From positions 6,101-70,100 of the forward strand of contig CAMBZX010000001.1 of assembly GCA_945872185.1 (NCBI GenBank): 64,000 bases of DNA. Direction: 5' to 3'. A program made the translations under genes and the position numbers. The stretch is from Synechococcus sp. UW140 (GTDB lineage Bacteria > Cyanobacteriota > Cyanobacteriia > PCC-6307 > Cyanobiaceae). The stretch's first letter is position 1, and every line of letters begins with the position of its first letter. A model generated the notes under the pieces. That model saw only the letters and a program-made list of their open reading frames with translations, searched no databases and had not been told where the DNA came from. Below are positions 50,836 to 60,768 of this stretch, in pieces.

Positions 50836-51330
50836 TCAGCCGCGATGATCGGGCAGATCAGGGGTTTGGTGCAGGAGCCGATTCAGGCGCAGGCGATCGG
50901 CATTGAGGGGATCGGGCGCCAGTTCGCCGGCCACCTCACGAAACGTTTGCTCCACCTCCTCTGGCACCCGCACATCAAAGATGCGCTCCATCAGGGCCTC
51001 AATTGAGAAGAGGTGGGCATTGATGTTTTCCAGATCGCCCATGGCCTGCTGGATCGCATCGCCTTCGGCGTCGGTATCAGCCAGGGCGCCCCTGCTGGAG
51101 GAATCGAGGGCACCCTGGGGCGCTCCAGGCCCGGCCAGCGGTGCTCCCTCGCCTTCGCCATGCTGTTTTTGCAGCTCTTCAAGCACACGACCAGCAAGCG
51201 TCCGGAACGACTGGAGGGCGGCCCAGTTGAGTTCTTGCTGCTGCCGCAGGCTGGGGTTTTCGCGAATCAATCGGTCGTGTTCCCGATAGAAACGCTGGCA
51301 GTCAGGGCATTGGCAGGGCTCTTCAGGCAC
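50836..51330 (-). CDS. Conserved hypothetical protein (CxCxxC N-terminus)
   Basis: Protein-like helical ORF beginning with a CQCPDC motif. Confidence 0.75.
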   Translation of the reverse strand: MPEEPCQCPDCQRFYREHDRLIRENPSLRQQQELNWAALQSFRTLAGRVLEELQKQHGEGEGAPLAGPGAPQGALDSSSRGALADTDAEGDAIQQAMGDLENINAHLFSIEALMERIFDVRVPEEVEQTFREVAGELAPDPLNADRLRLNRLLHQTPDLPDHRG

Positions 51331-51442
51331 CGAATCCCTAGTTGCTCGTCAAGCCCCATCATGGCATTGCGCTGCGGCCAGCAGGGAATGGCAACGGCCA
51401 GGGCCGCACCTGGACCCGCCAAAGGGCCGCAGCGCCTCAGAC

Positions 51443-51802
51443 TCAGACCACCCAGGGCCCCCGGCGGGACCCGTGGTCACGGTGGCCATCGCTGCCGGGA
51501 TCGTCTGGATCGAGGGCCGCCGGCAGGGGGATTTCGATCGAGCCCACCACCTGGATCACATCGCGGAGCCGCATCGAATCGGCGAACCAGCTCATGGCCT
51601 GCTCGACATCGCCCTGGCGTTCCGCGTCGCTGGCCTGATCCTCATGCGCTTCGGCCAGCAGCGCCAGCCAGCAGAGGCAGCGGGCCTGCACCACCGAAAG
51701 ATCCAGCCCATCGAGCTGGCTGTCGGCAATGCGCTCGCTTTCCTGTTGCACCAGCAGCCGCAGCCGCAGATCGTGGAGCTGGGTCATCCGATCGCGAGCC
51801 AT
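51443..51802 (-). CDS. Conserved hypothetical protein
   Basis: Helical ORF MARDRMTQLHDLRL..., co-oriented with 50836..51330. Confidence 0.7.
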   Translation of the reverse strand: MARDRMTQLHDLRLRLLVQQESERIADSQLDGLDLSVVQARCLCWLALLAEAHEDQASDAERQGDVEQAMSWFADSMRLRDVIQVVGSIEIPLPAALDPDDPGSDGHRDHGSRRGPWVV

Positions 51803-51990
51803 TGGGGCCACGCTAGCGGCGGAGGCGGCTTTGAAAAGGACGCTACCGGTAGCGCTGGCCACCGGGCCGCAGCCGGTGCCGTAAGCCGATCTGAGCAGAC
51901 GCAAGCCGGTAACGAGCTGACGGGGTACTCGGCTCAGGTGCCCCGCCTCAGGTCGCGGCAACATGGAGCGGTTCTGCCTGCAACTGCGCC

Positions 51991-53595
51991 ATGGCGCCTG
52001 CTCGCCACCGCCCCCACGGCTTCAGCCGCCCCTTGAAGCAGACCTGGGAACTCGGCCTCGACTGCCTGCCGGCCTTCGTGCCTGACGAAAACGGCCGCCC
52101 GGTTCAGCCGCTTGTGGTACTGGTGATGGATGGCAGCGGCCGCATCCGGGCAATGCAGGCAGGCCATCCGCAGCGACTCGAGGAGACCCTGCAGCAGGTG
52201 CTGCAGATGGCCAGCGAGCAGCCGCAGACCGGTTGCCGGCCAGGGCTGCCAACGCAGGTGGTGGTGCCCGATGCCCGGCTACTGGAGCTGCTGCCGCCGC
52301 TGTTACCGGGGGTGCACATCAGCGTGGGCCCGACGCCCCGGCTGAATCAGGCGCTGGCCTCGCTGCGGGAGCATGCCCAGCAGGAGCCCCCACCGGCTGA
52401 AACCCTGGCCCTGTCCACCTATTTCACCGAAGACGTGACGCCGGCGGCGATGGCCAGTTTTTTCGAGGCGGCCAAAGCGCTCTACGAACGCACGCCCTGG
52501 CTGCTGTTTCCCAGCGACGGCCATCTGGTTCAGGTGAGCTCGACGGCCCTGGGGATTCGCGGCTGGGTGGGCTGCGTGATCGGCCAGAATCAGGAGAATT
52601 ACGGTGTGATCCTGTTCGATTCCCTTGCTGCCTTCAAGCACTATGTGCAGGTGGCGAAAGATATTGAACGGCAAGGCTATCGACCCGACCGCGATTTTCC
52701 GCGCCAGCGGGCGATCAATTTTGAGGCGAAGGCCGCCATGCCGCCAAGCCTGCTGCAGGACATCAAGCGCCATGGCTGGCCTGTGGCCAAGGGAGCGGGA
52801 TACCCCACCGTGATGCTGATCGAGCCGGATCTGACGCTGGCCTCGCCCAGCCGCGCGGATCTGCGCCGCCTGGAGGGGGTGGCCCGGGCCCTGGTGCGCC
52901 TGATCGACGACGTCCCCGATCTGGCCCATCGCTGGCAGGGTTCGGCGCCGGTGCGCAAGCGCTACCGGCTCAGGGTGGCGGGCGAGGAGGTGTCGGTATC
53001 GATTGGCATGGCGGCAGATGCGGCGGCGGGGGCGGCGGAAAAGGCGGCGGCAGAAGCGGTGGCGCCCGCGAACCCGAAGGAGCGGGTACCCGCGGCGCTG
53101 CAGGCCAAGGTGGACAGCCTGATGGCACCCATTGATGACTTCTGCGCCAGCCACCTCAATGAGGAGTACCGGCAGCTGATCCATGCAGCCGTCTGTGCCT
53201 TGGCCCGCAAGCGGCCTTCGCCGTTGCTGAGCGGCCGGGAACCCTCGTGGGCGGCGGGGGTGGTGCATGCGATCGGCATGGTGAACTTCCTGTTCGACAA
53301 GACCCAGTCGCCCCACTGCAAGGCGCCGGATATCTATAGCTATTTCGGCGTTTCAAGCCAGACGGGCCAGGCCCATTCCAAGAAGATTCGCGATCTGCTC
53401 AGGATCGGCACGTTCGACCCCAAGTGGATCCTGCCGAGCCAACTGGACAATTCGCCGATGGCCTGGATGCTGGAGGTGAATGGCTTCATGCTCGACATCC
53501 GCACGCTGCCGCTCGAAATCCAGATCGAAGCCTGTGCCAAGGGCCTGATTCCCTATGTGCCGGCGCTCAGGGATGGGGCCCCCAAGCAATCCTGA
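51991..53595 (+). CDS. Multi-domain hypothetical protein (DUF6930/DUF7309-like N-terminus, DUF6398-like C-terminus)
   Basis: FCASHLNEEY..LARKRPSPL..WAAG..NFLFD C-terminal module after an Ala-rich linker; family names recalled, not searched. Confidence 0.7.
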   Translation: MAPARHRPHGFSRPLKQTWELGLDCLPAFVPDENGRPVQPLVVLVMDGSGRIRAMQAGHPQRLEETLQQVLQMASEQPQTGCRPGLPTQVVVPDARLLELLPPLLPGVHISVGPTPRLNQALASLREHAQQEPPPAETLALSTYFTEDVTPAAMASFFEAAKALYERTPWLLFPSDGHLVQVSSTALGIRGWVGCVIGQNQENYGVILFDSLAAFKHYVQVAKDIERQGYRPDRDFPRQRAINFEAKAAMPPSLLQDIKRHGWPVAKGAGYPTVMLIEPDLTLASPSRADLRRLEGVARALVRLIDDVPDLAHRWQGSAPVRKRYRLRVAGEEVSVSIGMAADAAAGAAEKAAAEAVAPANPKERVPAALQAKVDSLMAPIDDFCASHLNEEYRQLIHAAVCALARKRPSPLLSGREPSWAAGVVHAIGMVNFLFDKTQSPHCKAPDIYSYFGVSSQTGQAHSKKIRDLLRIGTFDPKWILPSQLDNSPMAWMLEVNGFMLDIRTLPLEIQIEACAKGLIPYVPALRDGAPKQS

Positions 53596-53610
53596 GGCCT
53601 GGACTCAGCC

Positions 53611-54054
53611 TCAGCCCCCTAGCCGCAGGCCGGCACCCACCACCACGAAAGCCACGGCCAGCGCGGTGATGCCCCGGATGTGCCAGGCCAGCCCGGACAG
53701 GTTGTCGTCGCGGAGGTGGGGGATCAGCCGCAGCCGGGCGTGCAACGCCAGGGCCGCAGTGGCGGCAAGCAGCAGCAGCTTGGCGCTCAGCAGCACCGCG
53801 ATCGGACTCTGCAGGCTGAACAGGCCCCGAAAACCGGGCAACTCCAGCCCTGCCATCCAGAGCCCGCTGACCACCTGAACGGCCAGGGCCGTGAGCCCGA
53901 GGGGCTCGAACAGCTCCTCAAAGTCGCGGATCATCGCCGCCTGCCGCAGCCGCAGGGCTCGGGGCAACACCCCCAGCGCCAGCACCAGATGGCCGCCAGT
54001 CCACAGCGTGGCGGCCAGGGCATGCACGATCACCAGCCAGGCAAAGGCCGTCAT
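53611..54054 (-). CDS. CopD family membrane protein
   Basis: HALAATLWTGGH first helix, SG, and K..L motif; 4 TM segments. Confidence 0.75.
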   Translation of the reverse strand: MTAFAWLVIVHALAATLWTGGHLVLALGVLPRALRLRQAAMIRDFEELFEPLGLTALAVQVVSGLWMAGLELPGFRGLFSLQSPIAVLLSAKLLLLAATAALALHARLRLIPHLRDDNLSGLAWHIRGITALAVAFVVVGAGLRLGG

Positions 54055-54241
54055 GGCAGAACCGACGCAGCGGCTCTCACGATGGACCCTGCTCACCGGG
54101 TGGGGCGGCTGTCGCTCTACAACCGATCACAGAGCGGCACAGGGCGGTCCCGAATGGGGCCCGCACACGGAGGCAGGGGAGGCGACGAGAGCAGACCGAT
54201 GACCCGCGCCGGAACCTGCTGACGCGAAGAACCTGAGGCAA

Positions 54242-54288
<47 letters not shown>

Positions 54289-54322
54289 CCGAACCCATTG
54301 GTAAACCTGGGATCTGGTCTCG

Positions 54323-54344
54323 ACTTGCCTAATCACTTGCCTAA
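54323..54344. repeat. Direct repeat ACTTGCCTAA x2 (putative integrase arm sites)
   Basis: Identical 10-mers at 54323 and 54335, 35 bp inside the att core. Confidence 0.65.
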
Positions 54345-54441
54345 ATGAGGGCCCAAAAGGCCGACTGGAAGCGCCGAGAAGCGCACAGGAAGGACCAAGC
54401 CCGACATCTTCGGGCAGCCCAGGCGACCAGCCAGGCCAAGG

Positions 54442-54493
54442 CTTATTCAAGGAAAAGTGCTCTTCCTTGAATAAGATGCGAGCCTATTCAAGG
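54442..54493. promoter_or_regulatory. 13-bp inverted repeat plus third half-site upstream of fic (putative operator)
   Basis: CTTATTCAAGGAA-N8-TTCCTTGAATAAG and a further TATTCAAGG at 54485. Confidence 0.65.
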
Positions 54494-54510
54494 TTCGCGG
54501 CGGAGAGGCC

Positions 54511-55683
54511 ATGAAGCGCGACGGGGCCGGCATCTACGAGATCACCAGCACCACCGGCGAAGAGGTGCGCGCCTTCGTGCCGGCGCCATTGCCGCCGGAG
54601 CCGCCCGTCCTGATCGCGGGCGCGCTGCAGGCGCTGCACGAGCGGGCCCTGCTGGCCTGCGGCCGCCTGGATGGGGTGTCAGCCCTGCTGCCGGATCGGG
54701 AGCTGTTCCTTTACGCCTACGTGAGGCGGGAAGCCCTGCTGTCCTCCCAGATCGAGGGCACCCAGTCGTCGCTCTCAGACCTGCTGCTGTTCGAGCTGGA
54801 GGAGGCCCCCGGCGTCCCCTTCGATGACGTGGTCGAAGTATCCAGTTACGTGGCGGGGCTGGAGCACGGCCTGGCGCGGCTGCGGGAGGGCTTCCCCCTT
54901 TCCTCGCGGCTGCTGCGGGAGATCCACGCCCGCTTGCTGGCCAGGGGCCGCGGAGCCGATCGGCTGCCCGGCGAGTTCCGCCGCAGTCAGAACTGGATCG
55001 GCGGCACCCGGCCTGGCAACGCCAGCTTCGTGCCACCGCCGCCTGGGCTGGTGGACACGTGCATGGGCCAGCTGGAGCACTTCATCCATGGCACTCCAGA
55101 TGGTGCCCACTCCCTGCCGGTGCTGGTGCGAGCCGCCCTGGCCCACGTGCAGTTCGAGACCATCCACCCGTTTCTGGACGGCAACGGTCGCTTGGGCCGG
55201 CTGCTGATCGTGCTGATGCTGATCGACGCCGGGGTGCTGCAGCAGCCGCTGCTCTATCTGAGCCTGTTCTTCAAGCAGCACCGCAGCCGCTACTACGAAC
55301 TTCTCAACGGCATCCGAGAGGACGGCGACTGGGAGGCCTGGATCGGTTTCTTCCTCGAAGGCGTCGAGAGCACGGCGACAGCTGCCGTCACCACCGCACA
55401 CCGGCTGCTGGCGTTGTTCCGCGCCGATGAGGCCCGCCTGAGCGGCCTGGGGCGTTCAGGCCCCAGCGTTCGCCAGGTGTTTGCCGCCCTGTGCCGGCGC
55501 CCACTCAACAGCATCAAACAGCTGAGCACCGTCTGCAGCCTCAGCTTCCCCACCACAGCCAAAGCCCTGGAGACCCTGGTGGAGCGGGGCATTGCGCGGG
55601 AGATCACCGGCGGGCAGCGCAACCGCCTCTTTGCCTACGACGCCTATCTGGCGATTCTCAGCGAAGGCGCTGAGCCGCTCTGA
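54511..55683 (+). CDS. Fic family protein (class II) with C-terminal HTH
   Basis: HPFLDGNGRLGR Fic motif; SSQIEG inhibitory motif; GGAGAGG RBS. Confidence 0.93.
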   Translation: MKRDGAGIYEITSTTGEEVRAFVPAPLPPEPPVLIAGALQALHERALLACGRLDGVSALLPDRELFLYAYVRREALLSSQIEGTQSSLSDLLLFELEEAPGVPFDDVVEVSSYVAGLEHGLARLREGFPLSSRLLREIHARLLARGRGADRLPGEFRRSQNWIGGTRPGNASFVPPPPGLVDTCMGQLEHFIHGTPDGAHSLPVLVRAALAHVQFETIHPFLDGNGRLGRLLIVLMLIDAGVLQQPLLYLSLFFKQHRSRYYELLNGIREDGDWEAWIGFFLEGVESTATAAVTTAHRLLALFRADEARLSGLGRSGPSVRQVFAALCRRPLNSIKQLSTVCSLSFPTTAKALETLVERGIAREITGGQRNRLFAYDAYLAILSEGAEPL

Positions 55684-55730
55684 AAGGGCCCAGACCTACC
55701 CAGGTGGGAGTGATAGGCCGATCTCCATAG

Positions 55731-56306
55731 CCTCAGGAGACACTGATCGACACGGCCGTGGCTGGCAGCGACCCCCTGACCCCGGTGGAAAGGCTGTTCA
55801 TGGAGGCCGGCTAAAGCCGGACTTACTACCTGCTCTGGAGGGTTGGCACCCTGCCGAGCCTCCAGACCATGGCCGCCTTCGCGAGGCTGGGCAGCGGCTG
55901 GCCCAGCGAGGCGTTCGACGACGAGACAGAAGAACTGAAGCTGGCCAAGGGGTGGCTCGAAGGAAAGGCCCGCAGAGCAGCGGCAGCACGGGAGAAAGGG
56001 GCCCTCGAGGAAAAGGCTGTGGAGAGTCCGGCATACGTGGGTCCTGGCTACGGCCCGCTGATGACCAGCAGCGAGGCCCAGAAGCTCATCCAGGAGGAGA
56101 TCGAGACCGGGAGGCCTGTGACCCTGAAAGCCTTCGAAAACGCTCTCAGGCAAGCCGCAAAGGCCGCCAGGGGCAACCCGGAAGCATTGCCCGTACAGCT
56201 GGGCGGCCAACACAAGGACTGGCAGTTGGTGGAGCTGGGATCGAAATCAGGAGGGCATGGGAAGGGGCACCGACTGCGCAGAAGGGCCTCCTCACACCAG
56301 GGGTAG
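55731..56306 (+). pseudogene. Disrupted paralog of 56372..57190
   Basis: Similarity continues in frame across TAA at 55812-55814 (LFMEAG*SRTYYLLW vs LFLRAGQSPVAYLNW). Confidence 0.65.
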
Positions 56307-56371
56307 CGCCACTCCCGCCTTGTGACACCAGATATCGCGGCTAGCTTGCCTTAGTCACAGATCGACACGGG

Positions 56372-57190
56372 ATGACACGGGAACGGTTCTCAGGCGCACC
56401 TGGCGCCGAAGCCGGCGACGCCCCGCTCAACTGGCTGGACCCAGCCCTGATCGGCAACGGCTCACAGCCACCCGCCGGCGGAGCCCATCAAGACGCGGAG
56501 CCACCTCACTGGGCCACAGGCCAGTTCAGAGAACTGGGCGAGGCCCTCAAGCCCTGGGGTTTCCGATGGCCACAGCCGAAACCCTCCCCGGAAGGCAACA
56601 CCCGTGGCAGCGCCGAGGGCCTCTTCCTCAGGGCAGGACAAAGCCCTGTGGCTTACTTGAACTGGAAGCACTCCTCGCGCCATCAGCTCCGAACGGCCCG
56701 GCTGTTCCTGCTGATGCGACAAGGCTGGAGCACCGATGCCATCCAGGACGCCATCAGCGAAGTCGCCCTCGCCAGCTGGTGGCTTAGTGGGGAAGCCGTC
56801 AACTGGGGCTACGACCCGATCAGCCGCAAGCCCAGCCACGCCCTGGTGGCCTATCTCCACACCAACCCGGCCAAGATCGAGGCGGCGTGGCAGCAACGCC
56901 TGCAGCAGACCCAGCAGGCTCAGCGGGCCAGGTCGGCACCTCCATCGCCCCCGCCAGCACCCAAGCAAGCGCAAGCCCCTCGGCTGAGCTCCACCGAGGT
57001 GATCGCCCAGCTGGAGCCGCACCTTGTCGACGGCTTCAAGAAGCAGCTGTACCGCGCAGCAGAACGCTTCAGGAAGAACGGACGACAACAGCCCGAACCT
57101 CTGGGTGGAGCGAGCAAGGGATGGATGCTGGTGGAGGCGGGCTCCGGCGGCCACCGCGGAGCGCACCTCCTACAACGCATCGACACCTGA
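56372..57190 (+). CDS. Hypothetical protein
   Basis: 272-aa ORF; coding status supported by the adjacent paralog. Confidence 0.75.
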   Translation: MTRERFSGAPGAEAGDAPLNWLDPALIGNGSQPPAGGAHQDAEPPHWATGQFRELGEALKPWGFRWPQPKPSPEGNTRGSAEGLFLRAGQSPVAYLNWKHSSRHQLRTARLFLLMRQGWSTDAIQDAISEVALASWWLSGEAVNWGYDPISRKPSHALVAYLHTNPAKIEAAWQQRLQQTQQAQRARSAPPSPPPAPKQAQAPRLSSTEVIAQLEPHLVDGFKKQLYRAAERFRKNGRQQPEPLGGASKGWMLVEAGSGGHRGAHLLQRIDT

Positions 57191-57420
57191 CTCAATGCCG
57201 CCATCGCGACCCTGGCGTTCGACAGGAACTGGCCGGATGGGGCACAGGCGACGGCCTGCAAGACGTGCAACGCCAGGGATTACCTGAACTGAGCCACCAA
57301 GATCACAACAGCTCCTGAGCAACAGCACAAATCAACACCGAGAAGCACAGACAAAGCCAATAAGTCTTACCTTCTGCGGGTCAATCTGGCCTAGACTTTG
57401 CGGCAGCCAGATGGCAGCCC

Positions 57421-57972
57421 GTGGATAGCGTCCCCGCAGAAGATTGCCACAGCGGGGAACATCCTCAAGGCACCGATGCAGTGGAAGAACTGCGTAACTC
57501 CGCGCCAACAGAAGATGCAGATGGCAAGCCGGTCTGGGGCGACGGCAAGCAGAAGAAGGCGGCCAAAGGCGCCCACCCCCGCTGCAGGCAACCCCCACGC
57601 CCAACGGCAGAGGCCCCCTTCGCGCCGCGGCCCAGTCGCCAGGAGGTCGAGCGACGCATCGCCGAAGCCCAGCTCTGGATCGCGCAGCGGCTGCCCCTGA
57701 TCGAGATTCGGGACAATGCCGCCCGAAATTGGGGGATCGCCAACACCAAGACGGTGGGCCGCTACCTCTCTCTGGCCCGCCAGCGGATGGTGGAGGAGCT
57801 CGTCCAGAACCGCCTGGAGCACCAGGCGGCCTACATCGAAGGACTCTCGGAACTGATCCGTCGCTCGATAGCCGCTGAACAGTTCAATGCAGCCGTCGGC
57901 GCCTACCGGGTGATGGCCGAGGTGACCGGGATGCTGCGGGCTCCGCTCAAGGCACCGGAGCCCCGGCCATGA
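57421..57972 (+). CDS. HTH protein, putative terminase small subunit
   Basis: HTH-like WGIANTKTVGRYL followed by helices; ATGA overlap with terL. Confidence 0.6.
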   Translation: MDSVPAEDCHSGEHPQGTDAVEELRNSAPTEDADGKPVWGDGKQKKAAKGAHPRCRQPPRPTAEAPFAPRPSRQEVERRIAEAQLWIAQRLPLIEIRDNAARNWGIANTKTVGRYLSLARQRMVEELVQNRLEHQAAYIEGLSELIRRSIAAEQFNAAVGAYRVMAEVTGMLRAPLKAPEPRP

Positions 57973-59630
57973 CCGTGAGCCCTTGGCTTGGCACAGCCTC
58001 CGGCCTGCAGCAGGGGTTGCTCACGGCAGCGGGGGATGCCTGGGGCGACTGGGGACTGCTGGGTGTGCGTGATCCCTCCCTCGCTCCCGATGCCTCTTCC
58101 GTTGCCGCGGACAACTTCCGGAGGTTCATCACCGCGTCCTATCCGGGCTACGCCTTTCACACCTGGGCCGAACGCCTGATTGCCCTGCTGCAGCGGGTGG
58201 CCGATGGCGAGCTGCATCGTCTGATCGTCTGCTGCCCACCGCGACTCGGCAAATCGCTGCTGGTCTCCAAGCTGTTCCCCGCCTACTGGGTGAGTCGCTA
58301 CCCGCATCGCTTCTGCGCGATCGCCTCCTATTCGGCCGAACTCGCCTACGCCCACAGCCGTGAGGCGCGCCACTTCTACCGCTCCTGCGGCCACCCCCTC
58401 TCGAAGGACTCGACAGCCGTGGGCAACTGGCTGACGCCCCAGCGCGGCGGCTGCATTGCCGCCGGGGTGCGGGGTCCGTTTACGGGCAAGGGGTATGCCC
58501 TCGGTGTGATCGACGACCCTTACAAGGGCCCGGAGGATGCCGGTAGTGCTGCCCAGCGGCAGAAGCTGATCGAGTGGTTCCAGTCCGTCTGGCTCACCCG
58601 CGCCGAACCCGGGGTGAGCGGCACGGCGGGGGCCGCCCAGGTGGTGGTGCTCACCCGCTGGCATCAGGACGACCTGATCGGCTGGCTGCTGGAGCAGGAG
58701 GCGGGGGAGGCCCCCCAGCACTGGCATGTGCTCAACCTGCCAGCTCTTGCTGAACCACTGGAGACCAGCCTGAGCTTTCCGCCCACCTGCAGCGTGGAAC
58801 CCGAGTGGCGTGAGGCCGGTGTTCCTCTCTGCCCGGAGCGCTTCCCGCTGGCCGAGCTGGAGCAGATCCGCATCCGCGCCGGCCGTTACTGGTGGGAAGC
58901 GCTGTACCAACAACGGCCCTCTCCGGCAGAGGGTCTGCTGTTTCGCCGCGCGTGGTTGCGGACGGCCCCCGTGCGCCAGAGCAGCAGGGAGAGCAGGGCT
59001 TTCGCCCCACTGGTGCTCTCCTGCGACCTGTCCTTCAAGGGCGGTGCCGAGAACGACGCCTGTGGCTTTGTGCTGCTGGGAATGGTGGATCAGAGCCGGG
59101 CGCCGCAACCGCTGCTTCAGGCCCGGGAGAGCGGCCTGCAGCTGCACCCGAGCAGTGCTGCCCTGGCAAACACCGCAGCGGACCCTCGCGGTACGCCGCC
59201 GTTTCTGGTCGAGGTGCTCTGGGCCCAGCGCCATCAGCTCGATCTGCCGGGCACGGTGAACTATCTGCTGCAGAGCCTGGATGCCCTGAAGCGACAGGGC
59301 CTCAGCCCCGATGCCGTGTTGATCGAAGACGCCGCCAATGGCCCGGCGGTGTGTCAGCTGCTCAGGCGCAAGATCCCCGGGTTGATCGCCATCCGGCCGC
59401 AAGGCAGCAAGGTGAGCCGCGCCCATGCCGTCGCACCTTTGCTTGAGGCGGGGCAGGTGGGCTTCCAACGCCCCACGGAGGCGCTGCAGAGCGAACTGCT
59501 CAGCTTCCCCACCGGCGCCCATGACGACCTGGTCGATGCCTTCTGCCAGGGCGTGATCTGGCTGCAGCAGCAGCACTGGCGCAGCAGAGGCCGGAGTGAG
59601 CCGCCGCGGCCACTGCTGTTCTCCCACTGA
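57969..59630 (+). CDS. terL: Phage terminase large subunit
   Basis: Walker A PPRLGKS, Walker B VIDDP, TRWHQDDL, LYQQRP, nuclease CDLSFK/IEDAANG/HDDLVDA. Confidence 0.92.
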   Translation: MTVSPWLGTASGLQQGLLTAAGDAWGDWGLLGVRDPSLAPDASSVAADNFRRFITASYPGYAFHTWAERLIALLQRVADGELHRLIVCCPPRLGKSLLVSKLFPAYWVSRYPHRFCAIASYSAELAYAHSREARHFYRSCGHPLSKDSTAVGNWLTPQRGGCIAAGVRGPFTGKGYALGVIDDPYKGPEDAGSAAQRQKLIEWFQSVWLTRAEPGVSGTAGAAQVVVLTRWHQDDLIGWLLEQEAGEAPQHWHVLNLPALAEPLETSLSFPPTCSVEPEWREAGVPLCPERFPLAELEQIRIRAGRYWWEALYQQRPSPAEGLLFRRAWLRTAPVRQSSRESRAFAPLVLSCDLSFKGGAENDACGFVLLGMVDQSRAPQPLLQARESGLQLHPSSAALANTAADPRGTPPFLVEVLWAQRHQLDLPGTVNYLLQSLDALKRQGLSPDAVLIEDAANGPAVCQLLRRKIPGLIAIRPQGSKVSRAHAVAPLLEAGQVGFQRPTEALQSELLSFPTGAHDDLVDAFCQGVIWLQQQHWRSRGRSEPPRPLLFSH

Positions 59631-59649
59631 TCTTCTGCATCCGATCCCG

Positions 59650-60180
59650 ATGACCCCCCATCGCCCCAGACCAAGCGGACAACTTGCCGGTGCAAACCCT
59701 GCCGTCCGCGCCCCCCGATCCAGGCAACCGCGTGCCGCCCGCTGCACCCATGCCGCTGCCGATGCCCTGGTGCTGGAGCATCTGGAGTTCGCCTACCGGG
59801 TGGCCGGGCACTACGCCGCCCGAACACCGATACCCCGCGACGATCTGCAGCAGGAGGCCGCCATCGGCCTGCTGAAGGCAGCCCGCCGCTACGACCCCGG
59901 TCACGGCAGCCCCCGGCCCGGCCACTTCCGCGCCTATGCCCGCCCGTTCATCAACGGCGAGATCCGCCACTACCTGCGCGACAAGGGATTCCCGATCAGC
60001 ATTCCCGGCCGCTGGCGGGAACTGAATGCCCGCGGCCGGAAGCTATTGCAGAGCGGCTGCCCTGTAGAGGAAGTGCCGATGCGGCTGGGAATCAGCCTGG
60101 AGCGCTGGGCCGAGATCGTGCGGGCCTGCGCCGTGCTGGTGGTGGCCTGGCCTGTGGAAGGAGTGGAACCGGAACCCTGA
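59650..60180 (+). CDS. Short sigma-70 (SigF-like) factor lacking region 4
   Basis: DDLQQEAAIGLLKAARRYDP..FRAYARPFINGEIRHYLRDK region 2; ends after part of region 3. Confidence 0.8.
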   Translation: MTPHRPRPSGQLAGANPAVRAPRSRQPRAARCTHAAADALVLEHLEFAYRVAGHYAARTPIPRDDLQQEAAIGLLKAARRYDPGHGSPRPGHFRAYARPFINGEIRHYLRDKGFPISIPGRWRELNARGRKLLQSGCPVEEVPMRLGISLERWAEIVRACAVLVVAWPVEGVEPEP

Positions 60181-60186
60181 GGGGGT

Positions 60187-60768
60187 TCAGTCGGAGTCGA
60201 TCTGAAACTCCATGCAACGGCTGGCGAAGGTGGGAGCCTGACGGCTGAGGATCTGCAGCAGGGCCTGGGCCGTGCGGGCCGGGTTGCGCTGCCGCGCCGC
60301 GATGGTTTCCAGGCAACCGTGCATCGCGCCGGGGTCGAGATCCAGCAGGTTGCAGAGGAACTGATCGGGCGTCACGGCCTCGATCCCGAGGGGCTCCAGA
60401 ACCTCGGTCGGGAAGTGCCGCACGTTGAGGGTGACGATCACCTCGGCCTTGGCTGCGATCGCTGCCGCCAGCACGTGGCGATCACCGGGATCGCAGCCCA
60501 GCTGATCAGCGAGACCCGGTGGCGGCTCCACCAGGGCCTCGGGAAAGGCCCGTTCCATCGCGGCGCAGAACCGACTGGCCTTCTCTTGGGTACTGCGCGC
60601 ATCAGCCAGAAGGTTGCGGACCGTGTCCTCCAGGATCTGCGGCGACCAGTGGACCCGGTACAGGTGCTCATGGGCTATTTCCAGCAGCAGATCTCTCAGC
60701 TCATAGGGATAGAGAACGCAGCTGTCGAGAAGAACGGGGAAGACGGCAGGTTCAAGCCAGAGGCTCAC
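60187..60768 (-). CDS. PIN-domain toxin (VapC-like)
   Basis: LLDSCVLY, DPGDRHVLAAA, IVTLNVRHFP. Confidence 0.88.
   Translation of the reverse strand: MSLWLEPAVFPVLLDSCVLYPYELRDLLLEIAHEHLYRVHWSPQILEDTVRNLLADARSTQEKASRFCAAMERAFPEALVEPPPGLADQLGCDPGDRHVLAAAIAAKAEVIVTLNVRHFPTEVLEPLGIEAVTPDQFLCNLLDLDPGAMHGCLETIAARQRNPARTAQALLQILSRQAPTFASRCMEFQIDSD

Noticed and set aside
56321-56359. TGTGAC...GTCACA as a CRP-type site
   Set aside because: The 27-bp spacing does not fit the 6-bp CRP spacing, and the arms are too short to be significant.
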